Of a DNA stretch of 64,000 bases, positions 47,604 through 58,172 are shown in pieces (position 1 is the first letter of the stretch; each line of letters opens with the position of its first letter). The notes below the pieces were generated by a model. The model did no database searches and was not told the origin of the DNA. It saw nothing but the letters and a program-made list of their open reading frames with translations. The position numbers and the translations under genes were made by a program. The stretch comes from an uncultured Gemmatimonadaceae bacterium (lineage in GTDB: Bacteria; Gemmatimonadota; Gemmatimonadetes; Gemmatimonadales; Gemmatimonadaceae): contig CAVUDW010000002.1 of the NCBI GenBank assembly GCA_963740355.1, positions 512,001 through 576,000 of the forward strand, given 5' to 3'.

Positions 47604-47990
47604 TCACCATGCCTCGAGCTCGAGGCCGATAATGTCGGAGAAGTCGCTCGCGTTCATGGTCACGAGCCTTGCGCGATGTACGATTGCCTGTGCGGCGATC
47701 ATCCGATCCAGCAGCTTCCTTCGCGAATAGCCCGCCTGCGCCACGATGGCACTGTGCGCGGCTGCGGCGGAATCATCGAATGCCAGCACAGGAACCGCAG
47801 CAAGGATCGCGTCCAGTCGGGCGCGGCGAATCGGTGCATCTGCCGGATGGCGGTACACACCCCCTTCAAGTTCGACGCGCGTCACGATCGACATCACGAT
47901 CGCGTCGTCCAGCGCCGCGATGCGCGACGCGATTGTCTGGTCGCCATCGCGCAGTTGAATGGCGATGTTCGTGTCGATCATGCATGCCAT
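47604..47990 (-). CDS. vapC: PIN-domain toxin
   Basis: IDTNI, SIVTRVELEGG, DRMIAAQA, LVTMN..DF. Confidence 0.9.
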   Translation of the reverse strand: MACMIDTNIAIQLRDGDQTIASRIAALDDAIVMSIVTRVELEGGVYRHPADAPIRRARLDAILAAVPVLAFDDSAAAAHSAIVAQAGYSRRKLLDRMIAAQAIVHRARLVTMNASDFSDIIGLELEAW

Positions 47991-47993
47991 GGC

Positions 47994-48233
47994 TCAGAGG
48001 CCACTGCGTTCAGGAATACCCTCGTCATCCCGCTCATCACGCTCCGTGACCGCGGGCAATGCCGCCAGACGTGCGAGCATCTCCGGAATCGTTGTCGCGG
48101 CCGGGTAGATGGTCATGACGTCGCCGGATCGGACCAAAATCAGTTCGACGTCATCGCCGAACGCCACGTCTTTCGGCAGCCGAATCGCCTCGCTGTTCCC
48201 GCTACGAAATGTGCGACTACGCGCGATGCTCAT
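47994..48233 (-). CDS. vapB: AbrB/SpoVT-type antitoxin
   Basis: FRSGNSEAIRLPK; directly upstream of vapC. Confidence 0.88.
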   Translation of the reverse strand: MSIARSRTFRSGNSEAIRLPKDVAFGDDVELILVRSGDVMTIYPAATTIPEMLARLAALPAVTERDERDDEGIPERSGL

Positions 48234-48249
48234 CGAAGGACTCCAAGTT

Positions 48250-48267
48250 GGATATACAAGTATATAC
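48250..48267. promoter_or_regulatory. Possible vapBC operator
   Basis: GGATATAC and palindromic GTATATAC just upstream of vapB. Confidence 0.4.
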
Positions 48268-48326
48268 ATTGAGTAGTGCCTGACCGCAACCGCGAAATGT
48301 CACGCCGGTGAATCGACCTCCCCCGG

Positions 48327-48728
48327 CTACACCGCGAACAAATCCCTCTGCACCGGCGCCGTCTTGGGATCCCCGGCACGATCGCGCCACACCCCATCGC
48401 GCGCCGTACGCCCGCGCGTGAAGGCCGTCGCATCGTTCTCGCGCAGCAGCCCATCGTCCACATCGCTCTGCAGGTACCCACCCGTGAGCGCCATGCGCAC
48501 CACGATCGCCGTGTCGCAGGCCGGGTTGCTGCAGGGATAGACGGTGCTCGCAACAGCCACGGTTGTTCCCGACGCTTCCTCAGCCTCGCCCGCCTGCACC
48601 CGCCATCCACGGCGCACTTTCCGCGTCGGGCCGAGGTAAGGCGCCGACCAGCACTCCGGACACCGCGGTGTGGGCGGTGTGGCGGGGGCGAAGGCGGCGG
48701 GCCGGCGGGTCGGCGTGCGGTCGGACAT
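48327..48728 (-). CDS. Small Cys4 zinc-finger protein
   Basis: CPEC...YPCSNPAC; C-terminal QRDLF. Confidence 0.5.
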   Translation of the reverse strand: MSDRTPTRRPAAFAPATPPTPRCPECWSAPYLGPTRKVRRGWRVQAGEAEEASGTTVAVASTVYPCSNPACDTAIVVRMALTGGYLQSDVDDGLLRENDATAFTRGRTARDGVWRDRAGDPKTAPVQRDLFAV

Positions 48729-48775
48729 CCCGACAAATTATCGCACGCCGAGCCGTGTGCAGGTTCTGGCGTTGT

Positions 48776-49309
48776 TCAGAAGTAGACGGCGCCGATCAGG
48801 CGCGCGAGCGAGGCGCCGAACGTCGATCCGTTAGGGTTGTTTCGCGTGACGCTCGCCGTTCCGATCGCGCCCAGAGACACGTGGGGGTTGAAGAAGTAGA
48901 CGGCACCGAGCTCACCGTACGCACCATAGGAGGTGGGGTTGCCCGTGCGGCCGGCGATGAGGAGGCCGCCGCCAACTACCGGCCGCACGCCCAGCCCCGT
49001 GCGTGCGTACCGCCTCGCACCGACCTGCAGCGCCGCCAGCGTGAAACGGTCGTCGATTGCAATGTCACCGCTCTGGAAGCTCGACTTGTACGACGTCAGC
49101 GTCGCGCCGGCGACGACGGCCCACCGCGGCGACAGAAACTTGAGCAGCGACGCACTCTGCCCTTCTCCAACTGCCACTTCGCCACCCCATGTGCCCTTCT
49201 CTGGCGCTCCGCTCCGTGTCGCCTTTTGCGCCGACAGGCTCGCCGGATTCGAGACCGAGAACAGCACTCCAACAGCCGTCACCGCCATCACACGAAATAG
49301 CAGGCCCAT
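48776..49309 (-). CDS. Small outer-membrane beta-barrel protein
   Basis: Signal peptide, YGELGAVYFF strand, terminal YF. Confidence 0.7.
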   Translation of the reverse strand: MGLLFRVMAVTAVGVLFSVSNPASLSAQKATRSGAPEKGTWGGEVAVGEGQSASLLKFLSPRWAVVAGATLTSYKSSFQSGDIAIDDRFTLAALQVGARRYARTGLGVRPVVGGGLLIAGRTGNPTSYGAYGELGAVYFFNPHVSLGAIGTASVTRNNPNGSTFGASLARLIGAVYF

Positions 49310-49443
49310 GCCACACCCCAGCGTGAGAGAAGTCGAACGCGTGAGGCATTGAGTGCTAAACCGTATGTAATTGTTCCACAGACCTGGAGGTCCGAAACGG
49401 CGGGGGTGACTCCGAGGTGACGCCGGTGGCGTAGCTTTCCCGC

Positions 49444-49845
49444 ATGGCAAAGCCCACCGTAGACGGCCCAGGTCAGGCCAAGCTCCAGCAGCTCGAAACC
49501 GCGACCGCGATCACCCAGACCCTGCATGGCATGATCGAGACGTATGCGATCGCCATTCGCGCCGGAAATCCCACTTCGGCCTTTCCGCAGCAGCTGAAGC
49601 GGGCAGCGACCCCGTTGGTGGGCCTCCTGCGGAGCCAGTTCCAGCTCCTCGCCGACCTCTCCAGCGACCTGATCCTGATCGCTACCAGAGGGGGCGGGGC
49701 CGATCAGGCCAAGCTCCGGATGCTGCGCGAGCGAGTGGGACAACTTCGCTCGGGAATCGAGTTGGCGGTGACCTCCACGCTCGCGAAACATGCGGTGGCC
49801 GACCCAGTTGCGAAGACAGACTCGTCAAGCGCTGGCGGCGCGTAA
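49444..49845 (+). CDS. Helical hypothetical protein
   Basis: Clean 133-aa ORF with host-like codon usage. Confidence 0.65.
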   Translation: MAKPTVDGPGQAKLQQLETATAITQTLHGMIETYAIAIRAGNPTSAFPQQLKRAATPLVGLLRSQFQLLADLSSDLILIATRGGGADQAKLRMLRERVGQLRSGIELAVTSTLAKHAVADPVAKTDSSSAGGA

Positions 49846-50103
49846 CCCCTGCGCCTTAGTTTTGCGCGATCTGTCTAAGTTTGCTGACGTTGCATCAGTC
49901 AGCCACCGGTTGTAGCTAACCGGTACGTCGGTCGCTAGACCTGGTAGGGGTCGCGGTTGTCGTGCATGACATGACGATATCTGCTCTTTGCGGGATGCGT
50001 GTGCCGTTTCCCGTACCGGCGCTCTGGAACATCTGTTCCCGTCCTGTCGGTTCCTCTCGGGGCGTCTACCCTGGCTCCCCACGACCTTTCCCAAGACCTG
50101 GGC

Positions 50104-51414
50104 ATGGCCAGCTTTTCAAGGTTCCGCCGGCTCCTCGCCGGCGCACTGACCCGACGCGGACTTGCACCCGTCGCGCTTCCCGCGCTGCTGATGCTCGGAT
50201 TCGCCGCCTCCGCCGCGGCGCAACAATATCCGAACACGACGTTCAACTACACCACCGACCTCAATGAGGCGACGACCCATCTCTGGGACAGTCTGCTCTT
50301 CTGGGCCACGGTGGTGTTTGTCATCGTCGAAGTCGGCATCCTCTATATCATCTTCAAGTTCAAGGCGCGCCCGACGTCGCCGGAACCGAAGCACGTGCAC
50401 GGCAACACCACCCTCGAAATCGCCTGGACCGCGATTCCGGCGGTGATTCTGGCGTTCATCGCCGTGCCGACGGTGAAGACGATCTTCATGACGCAGGCCA
50501 AGGCACCGGCCAATGCGCTGCAGGTCGAGGTGATCGGTCATCAGTGGTGGTGGGAGTTCCGCTACCCGGAATACGGCATCACCACCGCCAATGAGCTCTA
50601 CCTGCCGGTGAACCGGCCGGTGAATTTCAAGCTCAACACGGTCGACGTGCTGCACTCGTTCTGGATCCCGCGCCTCGGTGGCAAGCGCGACCTGATCTCG
50701 AACAAGACGAACTATCTCTGGATGACGCCGCGCGACTCGATGGTGATGAAGTCGCTCAACGGCAGCTGCAACGAATACTGCGGCTCCAGCCACGCGAACA
50801 TGAAGTTCCGCGTCTTCACGGTCTCACCCGAGCAGTTCGCCAGCTGGACCGCGCACCAGAAGGCGCCAGCCGTCTTTGGCGTCGCGCCTGCGGCGGCACC
50901 GGTAGCTGCCCCGGTCACGCCGGCCGCTGAGTCGACCACCAAGGCCGGACAGGTCGGCGCCGCCCTCGCGAACGCTGCCGAACCGGCCCCGGTCGGTTTT
51001 GTCTTCCCCCGCGAGAAGCTCGACATCTCGACCATCCCGACGGCCAAGGCGCCGAACTCGATCACGTTCGCGGCTGGCCTCACGGGCGACGCTACGCGCG
51101 GTCAGGCGATCTACTCGCGCTCCGCCTGCATCGGCTGCCACAAGGTGAGCGGGAACCCGATGAGTGCCGGTATCATCGGCCCCAACCTGACGCACTTCGG
51201 CTCGCGCTACACGTTGGCCGGTGCGCTGTACGAGAACACCACCGAAAACCTCGTGCGCTGGATCAAGAACGCGCCAGCCATGAAGCCGGGCAGCTTGATG
51301 CCGGCGATCGGCACGGGTGAGTACAACCCGGCGATCAAGGCGAAAGTCACGATGGGTGGGCTCTCCGATCAGCAGATCGCAGACGTCGCCGCCTATCTGC
51401 AGGCACTCAAGTAA
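50104..51414 (+). CDS. coxB: Cytochrome c oxidase subunit II with fused cytochrome c (caa3 type)
   Basis: LEIAWT, GHQWWW, DVLHSFW, CNEYCGSSHANM (CuA), CIGCH heme motif. Confidence 0.93.
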   Translation: MASFSRFRRLLAGALTRRGLAPVALPALLMLGFAASAAAQQYPNTTFNYTTDLNEATTHLWDSLLFWATVVFVIVEVGILYIIFKFKARPTSPEPKHVHGNTTLEIAWTAIPAVILAFIAVPTVKTIFMTQAKAPANALQVEVIGHQWWWEFRYPEYGITTANELYLPVNRPVNFKLNTVDVLHSFWIPRLGGKRDLISNKTNYLWMTPRDSMVMKSLNGSCNEYCGSSHANMKFRVFTVSPEQFASWTAHQKAPAVFGVAPAAAPVAAPVTPAAESTTKAGQVGAALANAAEPAPVGFVFPREKLDISTIPTAKAPNSITFAAGLTGDATRGQAIYSRSACIGCHKVSGNPMSAGIIGPNLTHFGSRYTLAGALYENTTENLVRWIKNAPAMKPGSLMPAIGTGEYNPAIKAKVTMGGLSDQQIADVAAYLQALK

Positions 51415-51438
51415 CCCGCGCCCGGAGCATATAAAGTC

Positions 51439-53337
51439 ATGGCCACGACTGTTGCGCCGCCGACCTACGCGCCGGCTGCATCCTCCGCTTCCTACTCCGG
51501 CGAGAAGACCGGTGTCTGGAGCTGGATCACGACCACGGACCACAAGCGGATCGGCGTGCTGTATCTCTTCACGTCGCTCTTCTTCTTCATCTTCGGCGGG
51601 CTCGAGGCGGCGGTCATCCGCGCCCAGCTGGCCGCACCGAACCAGGCCCTCGTCAGTGCAGAGCTCTACAACCAGCTCTTCACGATGCACGGCACCACGA
51701 TGGTGTTCCTCGCCATCATGCCGCTGTCGGCCGCGTTCTTCAACTTCCTCATCCCGCTGCAGATCGGCGCCCGCGACGTGGCCTTCCCACGCCTGAACGC
51801 CTTCAGCTACTGGGTCTACCTGCTCGGCGGCATCTTCATCACGCTGCCGATCTTCGCCGGCCTCGCGCCGAACGGCGGCTGGTTCGGCTACGCGCCAATC
51901 ACCACCATGGCGTACAACCCGGGTCTCAACATCGACTTCTGGGTGCTCGGCCTCCAGATCCTCGGTATCAGCTCGCTGGCCGCCGGCTTCAACTTCATCA
52001 CCACGATCATCAACATGCGCGCACCAGGCATGCACCTGATGCGCATGCCGATGTTCACGTGGATGAGCTTCGTGGTGCAGTTCCTCGTCGTGCTGGCGTT
52101 CCCGGTGATCACGGTCGCACTGGTGTTCCTGCAGTTCGACCGTTTCTTCGGCACGAACTTCTACACGCTCACCGCCGGCGCTGACCCGCTGCTCTGGCAG
52201 CACCTGTTCTGGATCTTCGGGCACCCCGAGGTCTACATCCTGATCCTGCCAGCCTTCGGCCTCGTGAGCGAAGTGCTGCCGACGTTCAGCCGCAAGCCGC
52301 TGTTCGGCTACGCAGTGATGGTGTACTCCGGCATCCTGATCGGCTTCCTCGGCTTCGGCGTGTGGGCACACCACATGTTCTCGGTCGGCATGGGCCCGAT
52401 CGCCGACACCGTGTTCAGCCTCACCACGATGCTGATCGCGATTCCGACCGGCGTGAAGATCTTCAACTGGATGAGCACGATGTGGGGCGGCAAGCTGCAG
52501 TTCACCACCGCCATGTGCTTCTCGGTCGGCCTCGTCGCGATGTTCACCATCGGCGGTCTCTCAGGCGTGACGCACGCGTCGCCCCCGACCGACCTGCAGC
52601 AGACCGACACCTACTACGTCGTGGCGCACTTCCACTACGTGCTGTTCGGTGGCTCGATCATGGGCATCTTCGCCGGCATCTATCACTACTTCCCGAAGAT
52701 GTTCGGGCGGTTGATGAACGAGACGCTCGGCAAGTGGCACTTCTGGATCAACATGATCGGCATGAACCTGACGTTCGGCCCGATGCATTTGTCCGGGTTG
52801 CTCGGCATGCCGCGCCGCATCTACACGTACGATGCGAACCAGGGCTGGGATCTCTTCAACATGATGAGCTCCATCGGCACCGCGATCATCATCGTCGCGA
52901 CCCTGATCTTCCTCTACAACTTCTTCACGTCGCTGCGCAGTGGACCGCGTGCCGGCCGTGATCCGTGGGGGGCATCGACGCTCGAGTGGTCGATCCCGTC
53001 GCCACCGCCCGAGTACAACTTCGCCGTGCTGCCGAACGTCACCAGCCGCTATCCACTCTGGGACGTGACGGATGGACATGACCTGTCGCGTGAGCATCAC
53101 GAGGGTCACGAAAATCGCGACGATCGTGTGCCGACCGCGAAGGAACTGGGTATCCCGATGCCGTCGAACACGTTCAAGCCGGTCATGGCTGCCATCGGCC
53201 TCGTCACCATGCTGGGTGGCATGACGCTCAAGCACGTCAACGATTACGCCTTCTACGCCGTCGTCGGCGGTGGCGCAACCATGCTCGTCGTGAGCCTGTA
53301 TGCCTGGCTCACCACGCCGCTCGAGGAGTCGCACTGA
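51439..53337 (+). CDS. ctaD: Cytochrome c oxidase subunit I
   Basis: DHKRIG, TMHGT, GHPEVY, WAHH, HFHY, GMPRR. Confidence 0.96.
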   Translation: MATTVAPPTYAPAASSASYSGEKTGVWSWITTTDHKRIGVLYLFTSLFFFIFGGLEAAVIRAQLAAPNQALVSAELYNQLFTMHGTTMVFLAIMPLSAAFFNFLIPLQIGARDVAFPRLNAFSYWVYLLGGIFITLPIFAGLAPNGGWFGYAPITTMAYNPGLNIDFWVLGLQILGISSLAAGFNFITTIINMRAPGMHLMRMPMFTWMSFVVQFLVVLAFPVITVALVFLQFDRFFGTNFYTLTAGADPLLWQHLFWIFGHPEVYILILPAFGLVSEVLPTFSRKPLFGYAVMVYSGILIGFLGFGVWAHHMFSVGMGPIADTVFSLTTMLIAIPTGVKIFNWMSTMWGGKLQFTTAMCFSVGLVAMFTIGGLSGVTHASPPTDLQQTDTYYVVAHFHYVLFGGSIMGIFAGIYHYFPKMFGRLMNETLGKWHFWINMIGMNLTFGPMHLSGLLGMPRRIYTYDANQGWDLFNMMSSIGTAIIIVATLIFLYNFFTSLRSGPRAGRDPWGASTLEWSIPSPPPEYNFAVLPNVTSRYPLWDVTDGHDLSREHHEGHENRDDRVPTAKELGIPMPSNTFKPVMAAIGLVTMLGGMTLKHVNDYAFYAVVGGGATMLVVSLYAWLTTPLEESH

Positions 53338-53338
53338 T

Positions 53339-54034
53339 ATGAGCGCCACGGCAGTTGAAACCACGTCCGGCGGCCATGCCGACCACGCCGCGCACGGACA
53401 CCATTACACCACGACGGGACTCGACAACCGCAAGATTGCGATCTGGGCCTTCATCGGCTCGGAGTGCATGCTGTTCGTCAGCCTCATCTCGACGTACCTG
53501 ATCTACAAGGGCAAGTCGCGCGTCGGTCCCTATCCGCACGAGATCTGGACTGACCCGGCCACTGGCCAGACGTTCAAGGCCATTCTCAACATCCCGGTCA
53601 CCAGCTTCTCGACGTTCGTGCTGCTGATGTCCTCGTTGGCGATGGTGCTGGCGCACAATGCCGTGGTCAATCGACGCGTCACACGCACGACGTTCATGCA
53701 GAAGCTCGAAGGCAACTCGTTCTTCTGGCTGGTGTCGACGGCGATCCTCGGCATCGTCTTCCTCATGTGCCAGGCGTACGAGTTCACCAGCTTCGTGCAC
53801 GAAGGCCTCGGCCTGACGACGAACCTCTTCAGCAGCAGCTTCTTCGTGCTGACGGGCTTCCACGGTGCACACGTCACGGCGGGTGTGCTCTGGCTTGCCA
53901 CGCTCGCGTCGATCGACAAGAAGCGCGGGCTCCGCGAAGACGAAGCACTCAACGTCGACCTCTGTGCACTCTACTGGCACTTCGTGGACGTGGTCTGGAT
54001 CGCGATCTTCGTTCTTCTCTACCTCATCAAGTGA
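53339..54034 (+). CDS. ctaE: Cytochrome c oxidase subunit III
   Basis: FIGSE, TGFHGAHV, YWHFVDVVW. Confidence 0.93.
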   Translation: MSATAVETTSGGHADHAAHGHHYTTTGLDNRKIAIWAFIGSECMLFVSLISTYLIYKGKSRVGPYPHEIWTDPATGQTFKAILNIPVTSFSTFVLLMSSLAMVLAHNAVVNRRVTRTTFMQKLEGNSFFWLVSTAILGIVFLMCQAYEFTSFVHEGLGLTTNLFSSSFFVLTGFHGAHVTAGVLWLATLASIDKKRGLREDEALNVDLCALYWHFVDVVWIAIFVLLYLIK

Positions 54035-54045
54035 GCCGCGAACCA

Positions 54046-54378
54046 ATGGCACACGGACACGACGACGCGGCACACGGCGATCACCCGACCGCCAGGACCT
54101 ACCTCTGGACGGCCCTCTTCCTCACGATCGTGACGATCGTCGAGATTTCGGCCTACTACATCAAGCCATGGGAGCAGTCGGCGATCTACGTGCCGAGCAT
54201 GATCTTCATGTCGGCGGTGAAGTTTGCGGTGGTCTGCGCGGTCTACATGCACCTCAAGTACGACAACAAGCTGTTCCGGAACCTGTTCGTCGGCCCACTC
54301 GCGATTGCGATCGTGACGTGCGTAGGCCTCCTGTTCCTGTTCGGCAAGGTCGCGATCAATCTCAGCAGCGGTTCGTAA
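54046..54378 (+). CDS. Cytochrome c oxidase subunit IV
   Basis: LTIVTIVE...KF...YMHLKYD; position in the operon. Confidence 0.85.
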   Translation: MAHGHDDAAHGDHPTARTYLWTALFLTIVTIVEISAYYIKPWEQSAIYVPSMIFMSAVKFAVVCAVYMHLKYDNKLFRNLFVGPLAIAIVTCVGLLFLFGKVAINLSSGS

Positions 54379-54396
54379 CAGTCATGCAGGTCTAGC

Positions 54397-55254
54397 GTGG
54401 TAGCACTCGCGCTGCTTCTCCACCCGGCGCAATCACTGGCGCTGGACAGCTGGACGATCCACCCGAGCACGGTCATTGGATTGACCGCGCTCGGGTGGCT
54501 CTATTTTTGGCGTGCCCGTGCGGCCGACGGTGAGGGGCCGAGTACCGGCCAGCGCCTGTCGTTCGTGAGCGGGCTGGTGCTGTTGTTCGTGATCCTGAAT
54601 GGGCCGCTGCACGACCTGAGCGACTTCTACCTGTTCAGCGGGCACATGGTACAGCACCTGATCATGGAACTGATCGTGCCGCCCTTGCTGATCGCCGGAA
54701 CGCCTGGCTGGATGCTGCGCCCCGCGCTCGGGTGGCCCGTCGTCGGATGGCTTGCACCGCGCATTACCACCGGCGCGATGGCATTCGCGATCTTCAACGT
54801 CACGTTGTCAGTGTGGCACATTCCGGCGCTCTACAACCTCGCGCTGTTGCACCACAATGTGCACATCCTGCAGCACCTGACGTTCCTGATCGCGAGTGTG
54901 CTGATGTGGTGGCCGTTCATGAGTCCACTGCCCGAGCTGCCGCGCCTGAGCTATCCGGGGCAGATGTTGTACTGCTTTTTGATGACCATTCCGATGAGCG
55001 TGGTGGCGATCTACATCGCGATGGCTGACACCGTGCTGTACCCGCTCTACGCGTCGAGCCCCAGGCTGTGGGGGATCTCGCCGAAGATGGACCAGCTCAT
55101 CGGAGGTCTCATCATGTGGATTCCAGGCGGCTTGTTCTTCTACGGCATCATGACGGTGGTGTTCTTCCGCTGGCAGCGACAGGGCAATGGCGGCGACGAC
55201 ATCGCCGACGCGCAGGGGTCGAGCGGAACCCTCGTGACGGCCGCAGGTCACTGA
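54397..55254 (+). CDS. caa3-type oxidase assembly factor (CtaG-like)
   Basis: YLFSGHMVQH, WHIPALY, DQLIGGLIMWIPG. Confidence 0.88.
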   Translation: MVALALLLHPAQSLALDSWTIHPSTVIGLTALGWLYFWRARAADGEGPSTGQRLSFVSGLVLLFVILNGPLHDLSDFYLFSGHMVQHLIMELIVPPLLIAGTPGWMLRPALGWPVVGWLAPRITTGAMAFAIFNVTLSVWHIPALYNLALLHHNVHILQHLTFLIASVLMWWPFMSPLPELPRLSYPGQMLYCFLMTIPMSVVAIYIAMADTVLYPLYASSPRLWGISPKMDQLIGGLIMWIPGGLFFYGIMTVVFFRWQRQGNGGDDIADAQGSSGTLVTAAGH

Positions 55255-55257
55255 CCC

Positions 55258-56517
55258 GTGGCGACGGTCACCCGACCCGATCTGTCGCCCGTTCGCCGCG
55301 AGCGTCCGCCCGTAGCAGCGCCTGCACCCAGCGGCTCGCGCGAGCGATTGCTCTCGCTCGATGTCTTCCGCGGCATGACGGTCGCTGGCATGCTCCTCGT
55401 GAACAATCCGGGGGACTGGGACCACATCTTCGAGCCGCTCGAACATGCGAAATGGAACGGCTGGACTCCGACGGACCTGATCTTCCCGTTCTTTCTCTTC
55501 ATCGTTGGTGTGACGTCGTACCTCTCGTTGTCACAGCGGCGAGCACGGGGTGATGGCGAAGGTGAGATCGTTCGGCAGGTGCTGCGCCGCGGTGTGCTGA
55601 TATTCCTGTTCGGGCTCTTCCTCGCGTGGTTCCCCGGGTTCATGTGGGGCACCATCGACTCGATGCCCAATCCGAGTTTCCTCGACCGCATGGTGTACCG
55701 CCTCGAGCATCTGCGCATCATGGGTGTATTGCAGCGCATCGCCGTCGCGTACGTCGTCGGCGCGCTGATCACATTGCGAGGCACGTGGAAGCAGCACGCC
55801 GTGGTGCTGGTCGGCATCCTGCTCGGCTATTGGGCGCTGATGACGCTCGTGGTCGTGCCGGATCGTGGTGTGCCGGGCTGGCAGCTCCTCGATCAGCCGG
55901 AGGCTGTGTTGAGCGCCTGGGTGGATCGCCTCGTCTTCGGCACCAATCACCTGTGGGTGTCGGCCAAGACGTGGGACCCGGAAGGGCTGTTGAGCACGTT
56001 GCCCGCGGTGGGGACGATGATGCTCGGGCAGTTCGCTGGACGCTGGATCGGAAGCCCACGGCCTCTCGCCGAACGGCTGAATGGCATGTTTGGCTCCGGT
56101 GCGCTGCTGATGATGGTCGGGCTGATGTGGCATTGGGTGTTTCCCATCAACAAGACACTCTGGACGAGTAGCTACGTCGTATTCACCGCCGGCATGGCGC
56201 TGGTGACGCTGGCGACGTGCATGTGGATCATCGACGTGAACGGCTGGAAACGGTGGACGAAGTTCTTCGTCATTTATGGTACGAACCCGATGATCGCCTT
56301 TCTCGGGTCCGGACTGATGGCTCGGCTTACCGTGACGGTGCTCAAGGTCCAGACCGCTGATGGTCCGGAATCGGTGCAATGGGTGGTCTATCAGGCGATC
56401 TTTGCGCCGATACTCGAACCACGAGTGGCGTCGCTGGGGTATGCAGTGACGTTCGTCCTCTTCTGGTTCGTGATTCTTTGGGCGCTCTGGCGCCGGAACA
56501 TCTTTCTCAAGGTGTGA
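55258..56517 (+). CDS. HGSNAT/NagX-like membrane acyltransferase
   Basis: SLDVFRG, VNNPG, DLIFPFFLF, GVLQRI, DPEGLLS, PINKTLWT. Confidence 0.88.
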   Translation: MATVTRPDLSPVRRERPPVAAPAPSGSRERLLSLDVFRGMTVAGMLLVNNPGDWDHIFEPLEHAKWNGWTPTDLIFPFFLFIVGVTSYLSLSQRRARGDGEGEIVRQVLRRGVLIFLFGLFLAWFPGFMWGTIDSMPNPSFLDRMVYRLEHLRIMGVLQRIAVAYVVGALITLRGTWKQHAVVLVGILLGYWALMTLVVVPDRGVPGWQLLDQPEAVLSAWVDRLVFGTNHLWVSAKTWDPEGLLSTLPAVGTMMLGQFAGRWIGSPRPLAERLNGMFGSGALLMMVGLMWHWVFPINKTLWTSSYVVFTAGMALVTLATCMWIIDVNGWKRWTKFFVIYGTNPMIAFLGSGLMARLTVTVLKVQTADGPESVQWVVYQAIFAPILEPRVASLGYAVTFVLFWFVILWALWRRNIFLKV

Positions 56518-56518
56518 T

Positions 56519-58153
56519 TTGCGACGCTGCAATCGCCTGCTGTCCGTTTTTCGTTCGCTCACCTTCGTGCTCGTCACCCTCGGCTTTGCGCTTGCCGTCG
56601 AGGCGCAGAAGCCGCGCAAGAAGGCCACCGTGAGTCGCCGAACCGCCGCGAAGTCGCCGGCGCGCGGTGTGGCCCGGACTGGATCGGCCGCCGCACGTAA
56701 TCGGCTGACGCGGACTAAGCCGCGTACGCGCCTTTCGCGGCCCGCTGGCCCTGCGCTCTCGCCGCTCCTGCCACGGTCCTCGTTCGGACTCGATGGGCTG
56801 CGCGCCGACCTTGGGCTGCTCGCCGGCACGTCCATCCGCAACGGATCGTGGGGCATGATGGTCGTGTCGCTGACGCATGGCGACACGCTGTTCTCGATCA
56901 ACGCGGATGTGCCACACCTTCCCGCGTCGACGGAGAAGGTGCTCACGTCCGTGCTCGCGCTCAACTCGCTCGGGCCGCAGTACCGCTATCACACCGATGT
57001 GTTGCACACCGGCACACTGCGTGACGGTGTGCTGGACGGCGACCTGATCCTGCGTGGCGACGGTGATCCATCGATGTCCTCACGTTTCATCGGCGGCAAG
57101 CCCGATGCCGCCATGGATTCGCTCGCGGCGCGGGTGGTGAAGGCAGGGGTTCGTACCGTGACTGGTCGCGTGATCGGTGATGCGTCGGCCTTCGAGACAC
57201 GCAGCATCCCGGAGGGCTGGCATCCCCGCATCCTGCAGGATGCGTATGCCGGTCGCGTGTCTGGTTTGTCGTTGAACGAGAACATCGTCTGGGTCACGGT
57301 GCGTCCGACGACGCGCGGTAATCCCGCTGAGGTGGTGCTGGAGCCGGCCACGACTGCGATTCCGCTTCGTGCGACGGTGCGCACCGTCGCGGGCCGCGGC
57401 GCGTCGTTGAAGATGGCGCGCAACTCGAGCGGCATTTCCGTCACCGGCAGCATCGGCGCCGACGTGTACCAGCGCTCGTACTCTTACATCGTCGAGGATC
57501 CGGCATCTTTCACCACAGGCGCCTTCGCTGCCGCGCTCCAGCGCAATGGCGTGACGGTGGGGAAAGGCATGATGCTTGGCAATACCCCGGCCAATGCACT
57601 GCCGCTCACCACCTGGGAGTCGGTGCCGCTCGAGACTCTCCTCACCGTGATGAATCGTGAATCGGTGAATGTCATCGCCGAGCACATGTACCGGGCGGCG
57701 GCGCGCGGTGCTGATCGCCATACCACCGGGTCAGCCAGCACGGCTGACACGGCGCTGCGGGCACTCCTTCAGCGCACGGCCGGTGTGCGCGAGGACGCCA
57801 TCCGCTCCAGCGACGGCAGCGGGCTGTCGCAATACGACAAGGTCTCGCCGCGCGCGATGGTGCAACTGCTAGGATGGGCCGACAAGTCATCGTGGGGCCC
57901 GTTGCTCCATGCCTCGCTCCCGCTGGCCGGGGAAAGCGGCACGCTGCGCAATCGGATGAAATTCTCGACCGCGCAGACGAACCTGCACGCGAAGACCGGC
58001 ACCACCAACGATGTCGTCGCCCTAGCCGGCTACGTCACCGCCCGCAACGGTGAACTGCTGGCCTTCGCGATGCTCTATAACGGCCGCGATCGTTGGCGTG
58101 CCCGTGAAGCCATCGACGCCATCGGCATCACGCTCGCGAACTGGGCGCGCTGA
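56519..58153 (+). CDS. dacB: D-alanyl-D-alanine carboxypeptidase/endopeptidase (PBP4, S13)
   Basis: PASTEK, GDGDP, SVN, DGSGLS, KTGT; start uncertain. Confidence 0.9.
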   Translation: MRRCNRLLSVFRSLTFVLVTLGFALAVEAQKPRKKATVSRRTAAKSPARGVARTGSAAARNRLTRTKPRTRLSRPAGPALSPLLPRSSFGLDGLRADLGLLAGTSIRNGSWGMMVVSLTHGDTLFSINADVPHLPASTEKVLTSVLALNSLGPQYRYHTDVLHTGTLRDGVLDGDLILRGDGDPSMSSRFIGGKPDAAMDSLAARVVKAGVRTVTGRVIGDASAFETRSIPEGWHPRILQDAYAGRVSGLSLNENIVWVTVRPTTRGNPAEVVLEPATTAIPLRATVRTVAGRGASLKMARNSSGISVTGSIGADVYQRSYSYIVEDPASFTTGAFAAALQRNGVTVGKGMMLGNTPANALPLTTWESVPLETLLTVMNRESVNVIAEHMYRAAARGADRHTTGSASTADTALRALLQRTAGVREDAIRSSDGSGLSQYDKVSPRAMVQLLGWADKSSWGPLLHASLPLAGESGTLRNRMKFSTAQTNLHAKTGTTNDVVALAGYVTARNGELLAFAMLYNGRDRWRAREAIDAIGITLANWAR

Positions 58154-58172
58154 GCCTTCGCGCGGTCCGGCG

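Noticed and set aside
50104..55254. Novelty of the cytochrome-c-fused oxidase operon
   Set aside because: Standard caa3-type organisation.
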